Shown: one piece after another, positions 36,436 through 48,416 of the stretch | Numbering within the stretch: the stretch's first letter is position 1 | Layout of the letters: each line of letters begins with the position of its first letter | Assembly: GCF_052425735.1 (NCBI RefSeq) | Contig: NC_135768.1 | Coordinates: 16,120,001-16,184,000 of the forward strand | Direction: 5' to 3' | Origin: Oculina patagonica | Lineage: Eukaryota | Length of the DNA stretch: 64,000 nt | The notes under the pieces: model-generated | The model's database searches: none | What the model saw: the letters and a program-made list of their open reading frames with translations, nothing else | Told to the model about the DNA's origin: nothing | Program-made: the position numbers and the translations under genes

Positions 36436-36931
36436 CTGTATTTTCTCAATTGAACACCCCCGGCGTTTATTTCAAACTTAGACTGGTGGACCCGGCGTTT
36501 ATTTGAAGCCGGCGTTTATTAACGAAGTGAAACTTTCTGTTATTTTTCATGTTGATTTATTATCACCCATCCCCCGATACCTAGGGCCAGTTTTTCAAAG
36601 CGGGACAATTTTTCCCTTTGTCCCGCCCGGACAAACTGTACCTGGGTCTCCGAAGATGATTACTACCAAGGGTTACAGTGCTGCATACGGCACGTTGCAA
36701 TCAAGATTTGTGACAAACAGAACCGAAACACTATATGAACAACATGGGAACAAATAAATGTTATGGACATAAAGTTTTAAGTCCATAAACGGCAACGCCT
36801 GGACCTCGAATAAACGCCGGGACCTCGATCAAACGCCCCCGGCGTTTATTTAAAAAATTAGCAGTTTTAAACCGGCTTTTTAACGAGGCCGGCGTTTAAA
36901 CGGGGTCCGGCGTTTAATCGAGAAAATACGG
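36436..36931. mobile_element. Tc1/mariner-type MITE (TA TSD) just 3' of the channel stop codon
   Basis: ta|ctgtattttctc ... gagaaaatacgg|ta; repeated ccggcgttta motifs. Confidence 0.78.
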
Positions 36932-36979
36932 TACATGTAATTTCCCGTAATTAAGAGCCGGGAATGTGAATTGAAAGAA

Positions 36980-37239
36980 CTAGCATTTAGTACTTTTGAG
37001 ATGTAAATCTTCTAAAGCTATCACTGATATATCATCATCATCTCTTGAGTGTAAGGTGGTCGAGCCTGACATCGTAGACAATCGCTTCTTGGTTCTTTTT
37101 GGCTCAAGCTTCGCGTAGTTCAGTATTTCCTTCTTGTGTTTCTTTCTCAGCCTAGCTAGAGTTTTTATCGAGTGTTGAAAGAAATCTTCCACGATTAATC
37201 TCATTTCTTCAATCATTTTGTCCTTGTGTACTGACAGAG
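36980..37239 (-). CDS. Terminal exon, cytoplasmic helical tail
   Basis: cag acceptor, phase 1 matches the preceding donor; ...MIEEMRLIVEDFF...HLKSTKC-stop. Confidence 0.8.
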
Positions 37240-39174
37240 CTGTGTAGAATATAAAAACAGACTTTAAGTTTAAAGTTGTTATATTTTAAGTTCAGGTTTT
37301 CTTAACCTTATTGAGCCTGGGCATTTTCTTTATTCGTGAGCTTGGGAGATACCCATGTATCGCAAAAGCATCCACATTATAGTAATCAATTTTAAAAGGC
37401 TTGTTAAGCATTCAGAATTTTTTTTAAGTGATAGTTATGTGCCAAAAATAAACCTCATATTACGCCAAAGTAACATATTTCATTCTAAAGTCCCCATCTT
37501 GGATTTTGAAACTTTTTACTATGTCACGGGAAAATCACCAAAACTCAATCTCACATTAAGGAAAAATGGGCCGTTGAAAAACTCAACATTTCGGTAAAAC
37601 ACCCTCTGAGAACATGGTTGCCATAATAAAATTAAATGACGTATTAATTAATAAAACTAACAATTGACACACCAAAATGAACCCCGCTTCAGGTTAAATA
37701 GGGTTAATGAAAAACGGCACGATATCTGTCACTTAAGAATGACATATACCAAGGACTTTCTGACCATATTTTGGCATGGTGTCAGTTGGTCAAATAATAA
37801 CACGCGATAAAGCATGTTTAATTTTTTTGGAGGGTGTGGGCTGGGGGATAGGGTGAAATGTTGGACGAGGTTGAACATGGTACTGTGATTTGTCAGTGGT
37901 GAGCAGATCAATAATTTGTTGAAGCGGAAAGGTTAGGCATAAAATTTATACGATATTTTGCGATAACCGACTTCAATAACTGCTTTATTATTCGATTTTT
38001 GAGTTCGATTTTGGTGTAGCAGACATTTCAAATCGCTTAGCGGCCATTCACCGACAATTCTTGTAAACGAACTGCCATTTTTCACAGAAGTGGACACAAC
38101 TACGCATGGTAGAATATTACTTGCAGCAAAATTACTATTTGAAGATAATGAGCATGAGCAGACCATCATTTTTAGCTATTTTTAGGCAGTTATTTGAAGA
38201 TCATGTGACGGGAGCTCGGCCAATTAAAAGGGAGAAAAATTTGCATCGAATCATAAATTAAATTACTGAATGGATTGAAGAAATTAAGACGGATTCCGCT
38301 AAAAGTTCGAGCAATGAGTGCAAAAATTAAGTACCAAAAACCTATTCATTGTACCGTAACATATAATATACTATTTGAATCTTCTCACTGAAATTTATTT
38401 GTCTTAATGACCCCGTGATTGAACTCTAAAGCATTCTCGAGAATATTAAAGTCAAACCTCGTAAAAATGTTTAAAACGCGCGCCATTTTGTTTTTAACTG
38501 GCGTGAAACGTCCGTTCTAATTGAAAAGTAGGTATTTTCAAATCCATTTTTCTCTCGCGGGGTCAGCTTGAGAGCTAAAGTTTTGATAGGTTTTTGTTAG
38601 CTGTACTCAAACTGTTACCATGCTATGAGATCTTTGTGGTAACTTTATTTTTGCCTGTATTGCTCGAATGTTCGGCGGGAACCATCTTAACTGTCAATCA
38701 GCCTAACATAAATTAGCATGATTTACAACTTACTGATGTCTTGTTGAACTTTTTGTCGTCCTCGTATTCTTCTCACTGCTTCATATAAGAGTCCCAAGAT
38801 AACACCTGTTGCTGCCAGTGCGCTTGTAATGAGGAGTGTATTGTGGAAAAGATCAGCATCACTATCAAACAAACCAGTCGAGATGTCCTGGACGACTTCT
38901 TCATCGGACAGCCCCGAACCCTGCGACATTGAAGATAAACGGGGGTGTAACCCAAGTGGAAGACTCTGTATGTAATTTTGTGCACAAAACTGAAAAACTT
39001 TTAACCTTAGCTATTAACCAAAAACATTGCATTCTCAATGGGCCCTTTGTAGCTAATGATCACATGGTAAAAAGTTAAACCTCGCTGGAGGGAAAGAAGC
39101 GCACTGGGACATTCAACACAAAGCGACTTTAATCAGTCATGCTTGGCTTTCCTTTGTTTTGATATTCCAGAGTG

Positions 39175-39208
<34 letters not shown>

Positions 39209-40091
39209 TGTGATCTTAAACTGCAAAGGGCCCACTGTATCCTTAAACCAAAATAATTGATATTTGATTTTTAACGGCTTTTCCGGCACGCATTTGGGTA
39301 CCATTTTATCGTTCACACTTCAAACTACGACTAATTTATTGCACAAGTTGCCATTGGAAATTGTAGCTTAACCACACCAGTGGTTTTTATTTCCTTCTCA
39401 GCTGTTATGTTGACGCATTGTGTCATGCAAACACTACTATCCAACAAGTAGAGGAGTCACGCAACAACTCAAATGAGCCGTTATCTGGGTCTTCACGTGT
39501 AACGCCACCCCGAGTGACAAGAGAATTGCGTGACGACCCAAAACAACATAATGAGAAAGGACTTCAGTTAGCTTAAAGCAGTTCTATGTGCAAATTTACA
39601 AACATTAAGAGTAACTGCTTGCTAAAACGTACCTTTATTGGCTCCACGAGCTCATCAACCCATTTAAAAATTTCCGCTTGATGGGAGCGCATGTAACCAT
39701 AGAAACAATGTCGAAGACGCATCGAGTCTCCACCAATAACAACTCCATAAGCTGTTTGATAATCAATGATCTGGGCCACTCGTATTGAGGGCTTGGAGAA
39801 AAGGTCTTTTTGCGTTCCTCCGGCGTAGGTGTCTATTAAAATCCCGTCTACCTCCCTGTTGACAAGAGCCTCGGAGAGCTCCTCCAAGGTGTGATAGTCT
39901 TTGTCTAAGTAGGAAAAGAAACACGGCTTTTAAAAATTGCATTGGGCCTTCGAGAGTGCAATTATTTCAGTGTTTAGTTTGTTTAAATCCCGTATAATTC
40001 GACTCCATTCAATAAAATAACGATGAAGCTCTTCCTAGCAGTTTGACTGTGATGGCAATGTGTCCTCCTCCTCATCCTTCTCCTCCTCCTT

Positions 40092-40141
<50 letters not shown>

Positions 40142-43100
40142 TAGAAGGATGGTTTTCGGACTTTGCGACTTTTTCTTAAAACACTTCTCTAAAAGCCAAA
40201 TTTTAATCTTTTTAAATTCTAACTGCGTGGCTGTTAACGTGAATATGAAGACTATCTTATGTACAAATATGACAAGAAATGAATAAAACCGCTCTTCATT
40301 AAGCCGTTTCAAAAGTCGATGGGGTCGCTTTGTCAACAAAAGTTGTGGTAAGCACTAAAATTAAGTGGTAAACTATGATTTTGACAAATTATGTGAGTTA
40401 TCTAGATACCATTTAACCTTTCGGGAGATCATCAGTTACCACAAACCTTTTTTAGTCACGTTTTTCTTCGATCTTGGCAAACGGGACGAAATGTGTTACA
40501 TCGGACGATCAATGCGAAGTAAAAATTTTCGGACGAATTTGAAAAGAGCGTTTTCGAAGTCAAATGAAAATAAGGAACAGTATATTGCTCCGTTTTCCTT
40601 CAAATTTTTACCAGAGATAAAGGTAAGTGATATCTAACTGTCTGCAAAATTAGAACTGATAACACTTTTGTTTTATATTTTTTTCGAAGCTTCAACGAAC
40701 GGGACCCTCCTGTATGTACCGGTCACAAAGTCCACTTAATGTGCGGAGGTCGAAAAATGGAAATATTTGGAATAGATTTTAATAAGAATAACTAAGATTT
40801 TAATGGCATACACGCTACTCCAAAGCGGTCTTTAAGCTATTGTTTGGTGCCATTCTGTCAAAACCATTAGCCACAGAGATACATTTTAGGAGTTGCGAGG
40901 TCGTATCTTCCACACGACAACTCCTTTAGATGTGCGGAAGTCGAAAAAAAAGGAAATATCTGAAATAGCTTTAAACAAGAATAACTAAGATTTTAACGGC
41001 ATAAACTCTATTTCAAAGCGGTCTTTCAGCTATTATTTGGTGCCGGTTTACCAAAACCATCAGCTACAGAGATGCATTTTAGGAGTTATGAGGTCGTATA
41101 TTCCACATGAGTCTCCGTCAGATTTGCAAAAAAATAAAGTCCAAATTTCAACTCCAAGCATAAAATTGTGTCATACAATACGTTGCTGAACGATTAAAAG
41201 AATGACGCACCAAACGTTTACTCATTTGCCCTACCCAAGTTTTCGACCCGTTACAACGCCATTTCGGAGCGTCCGAATCGCAGTTAATACTGCTTTGTGT
41301 CAGATCGAGATGCTTATAATAATCAAGAATTGGGGAAAAGATATCTCGCCATATAAGCAGATCAGTGTTTAACGCTATTTCGTTTTTTCCTTCCTACCCT
41401 CTACCCCCTTTGTGAAGTATGAAGCATAACGTCCAAGAATAACACAAAAGTCAAGTGAGATACTAGTATTTTTTTCGATGCATTCCGCACTTATCGTCAG
41501 CTTTTTATTACGCTCACATCTTAAACTATACCATGTTAAGAGAACAAACGAGCTTCTGCTATTTTCAAATATTTTCACACAATTGAAATCCTAAAATGTT
41601 GCATCTTTTATTAAAAAAATCTAGATGCGTCCGTTCTTGGGTCTTTATCCACAGTCGATCACGGAAAAGATTCCAATCTCAGTCATCTCCTTACTTTCCC
41701 ACGCACGTTAGTCGCTTCTCGACTTGCAGGCTAAAACGTATTCTAAAGTGGGGTTTTCGAATGACCTCAAAGTTGTAAAGTTTGCGAGAAAATTGAAAAA
41801 AAAAAAATCCCACCCTCGCGTACTATGACGTTTACCCATGGTTCTTTGAGGTGGTTGCTTCGCATGTGCTCGACCCGCTCGGCAGTTGTCTTGGAAGTCT
41901 TGGAAGGTAAGTCTTCTTCGTTTGTCATCTTAATACCCTTACTTTCCTTTATATGCAGTCATTCGTTATGGTACAGGTGCGGAGTAGCTAGAGAATTCGA
42001 AGAAACGCACCTGTGAAAAGTACAGAGTTGAATTCTTATCGATCTGTTTTCAAATAATTCGCTTAAGCTTATATAAACAGAATTTTGACATGTTGACACA
42101 CGGCCGGTTAAAACTGAAAGTAAATCTGGAAATTTCTCCTAGCTGCTGACTTTGTAGCTCGGTCACCTTATTACTGAGCAATGAATCCGAACAGCAGATA
42201 TGAAGAGGCAAATATCCTGCTCGAACTGAAACAGGCCCGTGTGAATCTTCGACAAGCTTCCGATGAAGGACATCAAGTCAAGAAATCTCAGGTTAGTGAA
42301 CATAAAGCGCTCGCATATACTATTGTCTTATACTTATGAAAGCAATACAAATACTTGATTGGGCTTTAATTAAAAATTATCTGTTTAAATAGGCCTCATT
42401 CCATTTGTAGTCGTTTATGATAAATACCGAGTTCAATCGAAAGAGACGAACCGTAAATTGCCATGTTGAAATATAGTGATTTAATTCTATGCCAAATACA
42501 AAACTTAAAATTCATCGCATGTGTTTACAGATACAAAAAAATTAGAAACGAAGCGAAATCACGAAGAACCCAGCCTCTCATCACGGGTACATTTCTGAAT
42601 GTGAAAAGCTTCGGAAGAGCGATGTGTAAATATCCCAATGTTGTTTATGAGTGAAATTACATCGTGTGCGGTTAATTGCCTGGGTTAAGCTGGATAAATA
42701 GTGAAAAAATATTGCTTTGTGAAATGTCATTTTCAGGTAATCAGTTACACTGTAATAATGCAAACTTTGGAAACAGTTTTGAGAAATTGAACCTAAATTG
42801 TAAATTCGGTAAACGAAAAAAATTTTTGGTCATAAAATGAATTCGAGGAAAAATAGACAAAAAGTAAACTTATTCAACAAAATAGTAAGCCGTTTTTGAG
42901 AGGAAAATTCAAATATTCTTAATAATTTTATTTTTGTATTCTTTGGTAAGGAATCGAAGGGGAAAAAATATTACCTTGAGAGTTCTGGATATGGCCAACA
43001 TAGTGGACCATACTCGACTTGGGTGAAGGGGGGGGGGGGTAGGTTGCTATGAGAAACAGGGCTTGCTACAGAGCAGTGGGGCTGGTAAGAGACAGGGTTA

Positions 43101-46100
43101 AGTAAAGAGTAGTGGGCTTGTATGAGATCTGCGACTTACTTAAGTAGGGTTGTTATAACAGGCAGGGCTTACTAGTAAGTATGGGGTTGGTATGAGAGGT
43201 GTGGCTTTCTATGGTGAGGTTGCAATAAGAGACAGGGCTTACTACAGGGTGGGTGTTGGTATGAGAGGTGTGGCTTTCTATGGTGGGGTTGTAATTAGAG
43301 ACAGGGTTTACTACAGGGTGGGTGTTGGTATGAGAGGTGTGGCTTTCTATGGTGGGGTTGTAATAAGAGACAGGGCTTACTACAGGGTGGGTGTTGGTAT
43401 GAGAGGTGTGGCTTTCTATGGTGGGGTTGTAATTAGAGACAGGGTTTACTACAGGGTGGGTGTTGGTATGAGAGGTGTGGCTTACTATGGTGGGGTTGCA
43501 ATAAGAGACAGGGCTTACTACAGGGTGGGTGTTGGTATGAGAGGTCTGGCTTACTATGGTGGGGTTGTAATTAGAGACAGTGTTTACTACAGGGTGGGTG
43601 TTGATGTGAGAGGTATTACTTACTAGGGTGGGGTTGGTATAAGAACAGGTCTATAGATTTTTTTGGGGTGGTATGAAAAGTGTTGCATTGGTATATCAAT
43701 TACTGCTGCAGACTATAGTTGTTTATGGTTTATTAAACCACATCTTCAAATTAAAGGCAGAATGCAATTTATTATTCTGGCAGAGAATACACTGCCAACC
43801 TCTCTTACTCAAAATGTCCGACCCAGATGTACTTTTGGCTCGTCACATACATAATCTTTTATCAATAAAGATATTGAAAGACGAAGCAAAGGAACAGCTA
43901 ACTCTGATTTAACCTCTTGCTCCCAAATAAGTCATAAAGAGCAGTACATCAATGATTTAGGTCTTTTTTCCAGTGCTTGGCTTCCTTTTCCTTATCTTAC
44001 ATCGAAGGCAGACCTCTGATCTTAAATTATTTTTTAAAAAAAATTACATGGGCATTTGGTCATTCTTTTTCATACTCGAGTATAATAAGCTAGCATATCT
44101 GGGAAAATAATATGAAGACATATTGAATGTTTTCAACAACTGTTCAAATCGATTTCTAAAGGTCATTTGGTGGATATTTAGTTTTACTTTTGCTTTACAG
44201 GTCATTATAGCAATATTTCTCAAGGGGTTGTTTTTGTCAAAATGTTGTTATCTTGTGTTGAGAAAAGCCCATACGAGATCTGTTGAAAACTGTCATAAGC
44301 TGTTGTGCCACACAACACTGTAAATCCAAGAAGAATATTAACTTATTATATATATTTTTTAAGTTTCATATTAACTTCCCTTAATTTTAACTTATTATAT
44401 ATTTTTTTAAGTTTCATATTAACTTCCCTTAATTTTGTCATTATCACGTCTCATTTCAAAATAGTTTTTAAACAATATTTTAATGAGGTACTATTATAAA
44501 ACTAATTGCCGCAATTTGTTTTAGGCTGAAAGACACATCTGGGCCCTAAAGGGGCTATTCAAATCTGTAACAAAAAGAGATCCTCCTGCAACAGAAAGTG
44601 ACAGTTCCTTGACTGAAATGGAAAATGAAACAGAAGAAAGTAATGTAGAGGCAGCAAGAGTATTTACGAAGAAGACTAAAGAAAAAGTGCGCGGGAAGAA
44701 AGTCAAGATAGTCTTGTCAAACAAAAGAAAAGCAACATCTACTAAATGCTATTCAAAAGAAGCAAAAGTAAAAAAAGTTGTTGGCCAAAGTGAGAAAGAA
44801 GACCAGTCCTGTAGTGCTGAGTCAGATTCCGAAAGTGGTGAGGACGAACATGAAGAGGAAGATAGCAGTCCCTCAGAATCTGGAAGTGGTGAGGATAAAG
44901 TTCAAGTTGTCAAAGAGATAAAGTCACAAGTGAGAAACAAGTTTGAATGCCCTCTTCGTTGTGGTGCAAAAGTGTATCAGCTCCCACGACATTTGAGAAG
45001 CGTCCATGGATGGAAAGCAGAACGTGCTAGAAATGCTGTTAACCGCTTTGACATGCGTCACGATCAGAGAAATTCCAAAAAACCCAAAGCCGTACGTGAA
45101 AAGCGGAAGCAGAAATACTGCAATGAATGTGGGCGCAAACAACGGTATCTCTCCAAACACTTACAGAAACAACACGGTTTAATGAAAGGGACCAAACAGT
45201 ACCGGAGGGCATTAAAGGAATCTAGACCTGTTTATCTCTGGAAAGATTCGCTCAAATCGCAGGTTGTAGACGTTGAGAGTGACACTGTAAGTGAGTTTGA
45301 TGAGACCGCTGTTAAGACAACTAACACGAAAGGTAAAGAGAAGAAGAGGCAAAACAGCACATCTCTTAAGACAAGCTTAGCTGGTTGGCAAGGGATCGAA
45401 ATAGCAAGCATTTCCTCGGCTGAAGATGACAAAAACTCCACAATGGAAGATGTTCAAGAGTTAGAAGGAACCGAGGCTGAAGATGCAGAATATCTCGACT
45501 ATGATGAAGATGAAAGTGGTGGAGCAGAGTTCAACACGACAGCTTTTGAATTGAACCAGGACAGTAGAGTAATGTTGGACAAGTTTGAGAAGTGGATTCT
45601 AAGTCCTGACGGAGGTGAAAAGGATCCCAAGCCAGCTTCACTGGTAGTACGACAAGTGCAGAAAGTACTTATCATGCTAGGAACAGAGAACATTGAAAGT
45701 CTGTTTGACAAGGCGCTAATTCGCGACAAGTTCTATCCAGAATCGAGAGCTACTGTCAAGGCTGGAACCACAATCAGTTACTTGCATTCGTTGAGGAAGT
45801 TTTATACTTTCGCCATGACTGAAGATGACGTGGGTATTTCTCAAGAATGTCGAAAAGTGGCAGATGCCCTGTACAAGAAATGTGGCGAGTGGTGCAAAAG
45901 TTTAAGCAAAGATGTGAAACGAAGATTCTGGGAAAAACAAGAGGAAGATCTCGCTCGCCTCATAACACCAGAAAAAATTCAAGAGTTCACTAAAACAGAG
46001 TTTGCAAGGAATCAAGTAAAAACGTTAGGTCAGTTGATTGACAACAGGGAGAAGCCCCCAGCACTGGGCCAACAGGAGTACTGTGATTTAAGAAACTTTC

Positions 46101-48363
46101 TGTTTATTCACATCTTAAGCCAGAATGGGCACAGAAGTGGTGTTTTAACAAACAGTACCCTTGCAGAGTACGAGAAAATGACCCGTGTAGATGGCACCTA
46201 TATGGTTGCAGTCAAAGATCACAAGACCTTTTCACACCATGGTCAAGCCAACCTTTGTTTTGACGAAAGTCTAAAAGCATGGGTGGACATTTATGTGAAA
46301 TGTGCAAGAAATCAAGTTGACGCAGGCGAAGAAAGCGATGCTCTGTTTTTAAATTGGAAAGGAGGGAAGATGTCAAGCAGTGATCTTTCACCAGCATTAA
46401 CCAGTGCATGGAGAAAGTCTGGTATGATTGGGAACGACACACGCATATCTGGGACTCTTATGAGGAAGTCCTGCACAACTGCCGTTCGTAACCACAATAA
46501 AGAGGTCAAGGGGAGTGTTGCCGCTCACATGGCACACAGTGAGCGTACGGCAGACAAGCATTATCATCTACTTCAGAAGCGTACCAACTCTGCCTTTGCA
46601 GCCAGGCAGTTAACTACCATTATGCATGGCAGTTCGTCTCCTGCTGTATCATCACATGAAAGAAAAGGTGATCCTGAGTCTATTGATGAGCAAGACCTAA
46701 CACCTACGCCACTTGCACGGCAGAGCTGGACAGAAGAAGAAGAAAAAGCAGTCCAGGAAGTTTTTGCAGACCAGATAAGCCGCCAGTCAATTACTATGCG
46801 AGAAGTATTGGCACTTAAGGAGACCCATCCACTGCTCAAAAATTCCGAAAACAAAAGACTGCTTGATAAAATAAGAGGATTATATCGGTACAAGAAAACT
46901 GATGGTGAATGTCTGGAAGACAAGCAGAGAAGTGATGATGCTGTTCAGGATAGCGATGGCAACTCAATAATAGGTCCGTCTACAAATCAAAGTAAAACAA
47001 GAGTTTTTGAAGAGGAAGAGGTCACCTTGTTCAAAGAATTTTTTAAGGACATGATTCAGAGGGGTGAGAAGATAGAGCAAAAGGTTGTGGTACAGCGATT
47101 GAAAGAGAATGGCCACGGACACATTTATGAAAAATACACCAAGCAAAAAGTGACCGATAAAATTAGAGGTCTACGTTTGACAAACATCAGGCAATGGAGA
47201 CAGTAATCATCAAGCATTGAGAAACATTCGAACAAAGACATTTATTTTTATTTATTGTTGAATAATCACTTGATACGTTGATATTATAGTTAGTTGCGGT
47301 GGCGCGGAAACCGTGAGGTGTTTGACATTGAGGCCACTTTGACGTTCTTAAGGACCTGTTCATTTCTTTCTTGACTAGTGTATTCGATGCTTTTTTTTAG
47401 GATTTCTATGCGATAGAAAAATAAGTTAAAGATGAATTTTGTTTCTAAATTCTCAAGGTACTGATTTTGTAAAGTAACATTAGTACTAAGTAAATTGTCC
47501 GTAGAAAAAATTGTGAAAAGTACAGAACCGGAAAGTAACTAATACCAGTTAGTTTGACACTTATTTAGGCAGGGAAGTAGTTGTCGCCACATGGAACTCT
47601 GGGAAGCAGTTGAACCAAAAGGTTAAGTTTGCATTATTGTAGATCAGTCAATTACTTGATATATCGTGTTAATATTACAGTTACGTGCGGCCACGTTTAT
47701 TAAGGCCATATTAGGCTATTTTTCCAGGAACGCTTTTCCTGATGATAAAAAGGCTACGTTCAGTTAATTCTGTTGCTCAAACAAATCTGAACAAGTAACA
47801 GGCATTATCATTAACTCTACATATTAGCCTTGTTTTGAAATGTTTTTTCCCTAGATATTGTTGTTATGAAATAAAAACAAAAAAATACTATGCCGAGTTT
47901 ATTTCTATATATACAACTTTTATCTAAAAGTATTGCATCAAACTTTGTCTTGAATAATTCATCGATAGAGAGCTGCAACTGCAAAGAAAGGTTGACAGAG
48001 TTCAAACATGAAAACTATTCAGGATTTGACACGGGATCTGTACGCTAAAACTAAATGCTTCAAAATCACTTTCTTAGTTGTCTTAACATCACAAAGGACA
48101 AATCTAGAGCAAACGCAGGGAATAGTTTGGTCTCCAAATCCGCAAGTCGTGAAGCCCACACAAAAGTCGTTTAGCCCACACAAAAAGTCGCTCAGTCCAC
48201 ATAAGGGTCGTTAAGTCAACTTGGCTGAGTCGCTCAGTCCACACAAGGGTCGTTAAGTCAACTTGGCCAAGTCGCTTAGTCAACAGAAGGTTGTTAAGTC
48301 CACATTTTTTAGTCGTCAAGTCCACAAACAAAGGCGCAAAATCCACAATCCATATAATCATCA

Positions 48364-48416
<53 letters not shown>

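Larger units (their letters stand above)
40141..48357 (+). mobile_element. Tyrosine-recombinase DNA transposon (Crypton-like, probably CryptonV-type) inserted in an (ATC)n microsatellite
   Basis: Junctions tcatca|ttagaaggatggttttcggactttgcgacttt and aaaggcgcaaaatccacaatccatataa|tcatca give a 6-bp direct repeat plus imperfect inverted arms. Contains a YR ORF; no RT, gag or DDE transposase seen. Confidence 0.8.

Noticed and set aside
39983-40339. Poly-Met ORF (and poly-Asp / MT-repeat ORFs at 48104-48575)
   Set aside because: Translations of the ATC/GTC microsatellites
43192-43626. 144-aa RGV/YY-rich ORF
   Set aside because: Translation of the 69-bp minisatellite; no independent coding evidence
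40141-48357. DIRS/Ngaro retroelement or bacterial/phage integrase contamination
   Set aside because: No RT, RNase H or gag ORF and no split or inverted LTRs; eukaryotic zinc fingers and location in a spliced host intron argue against contamination
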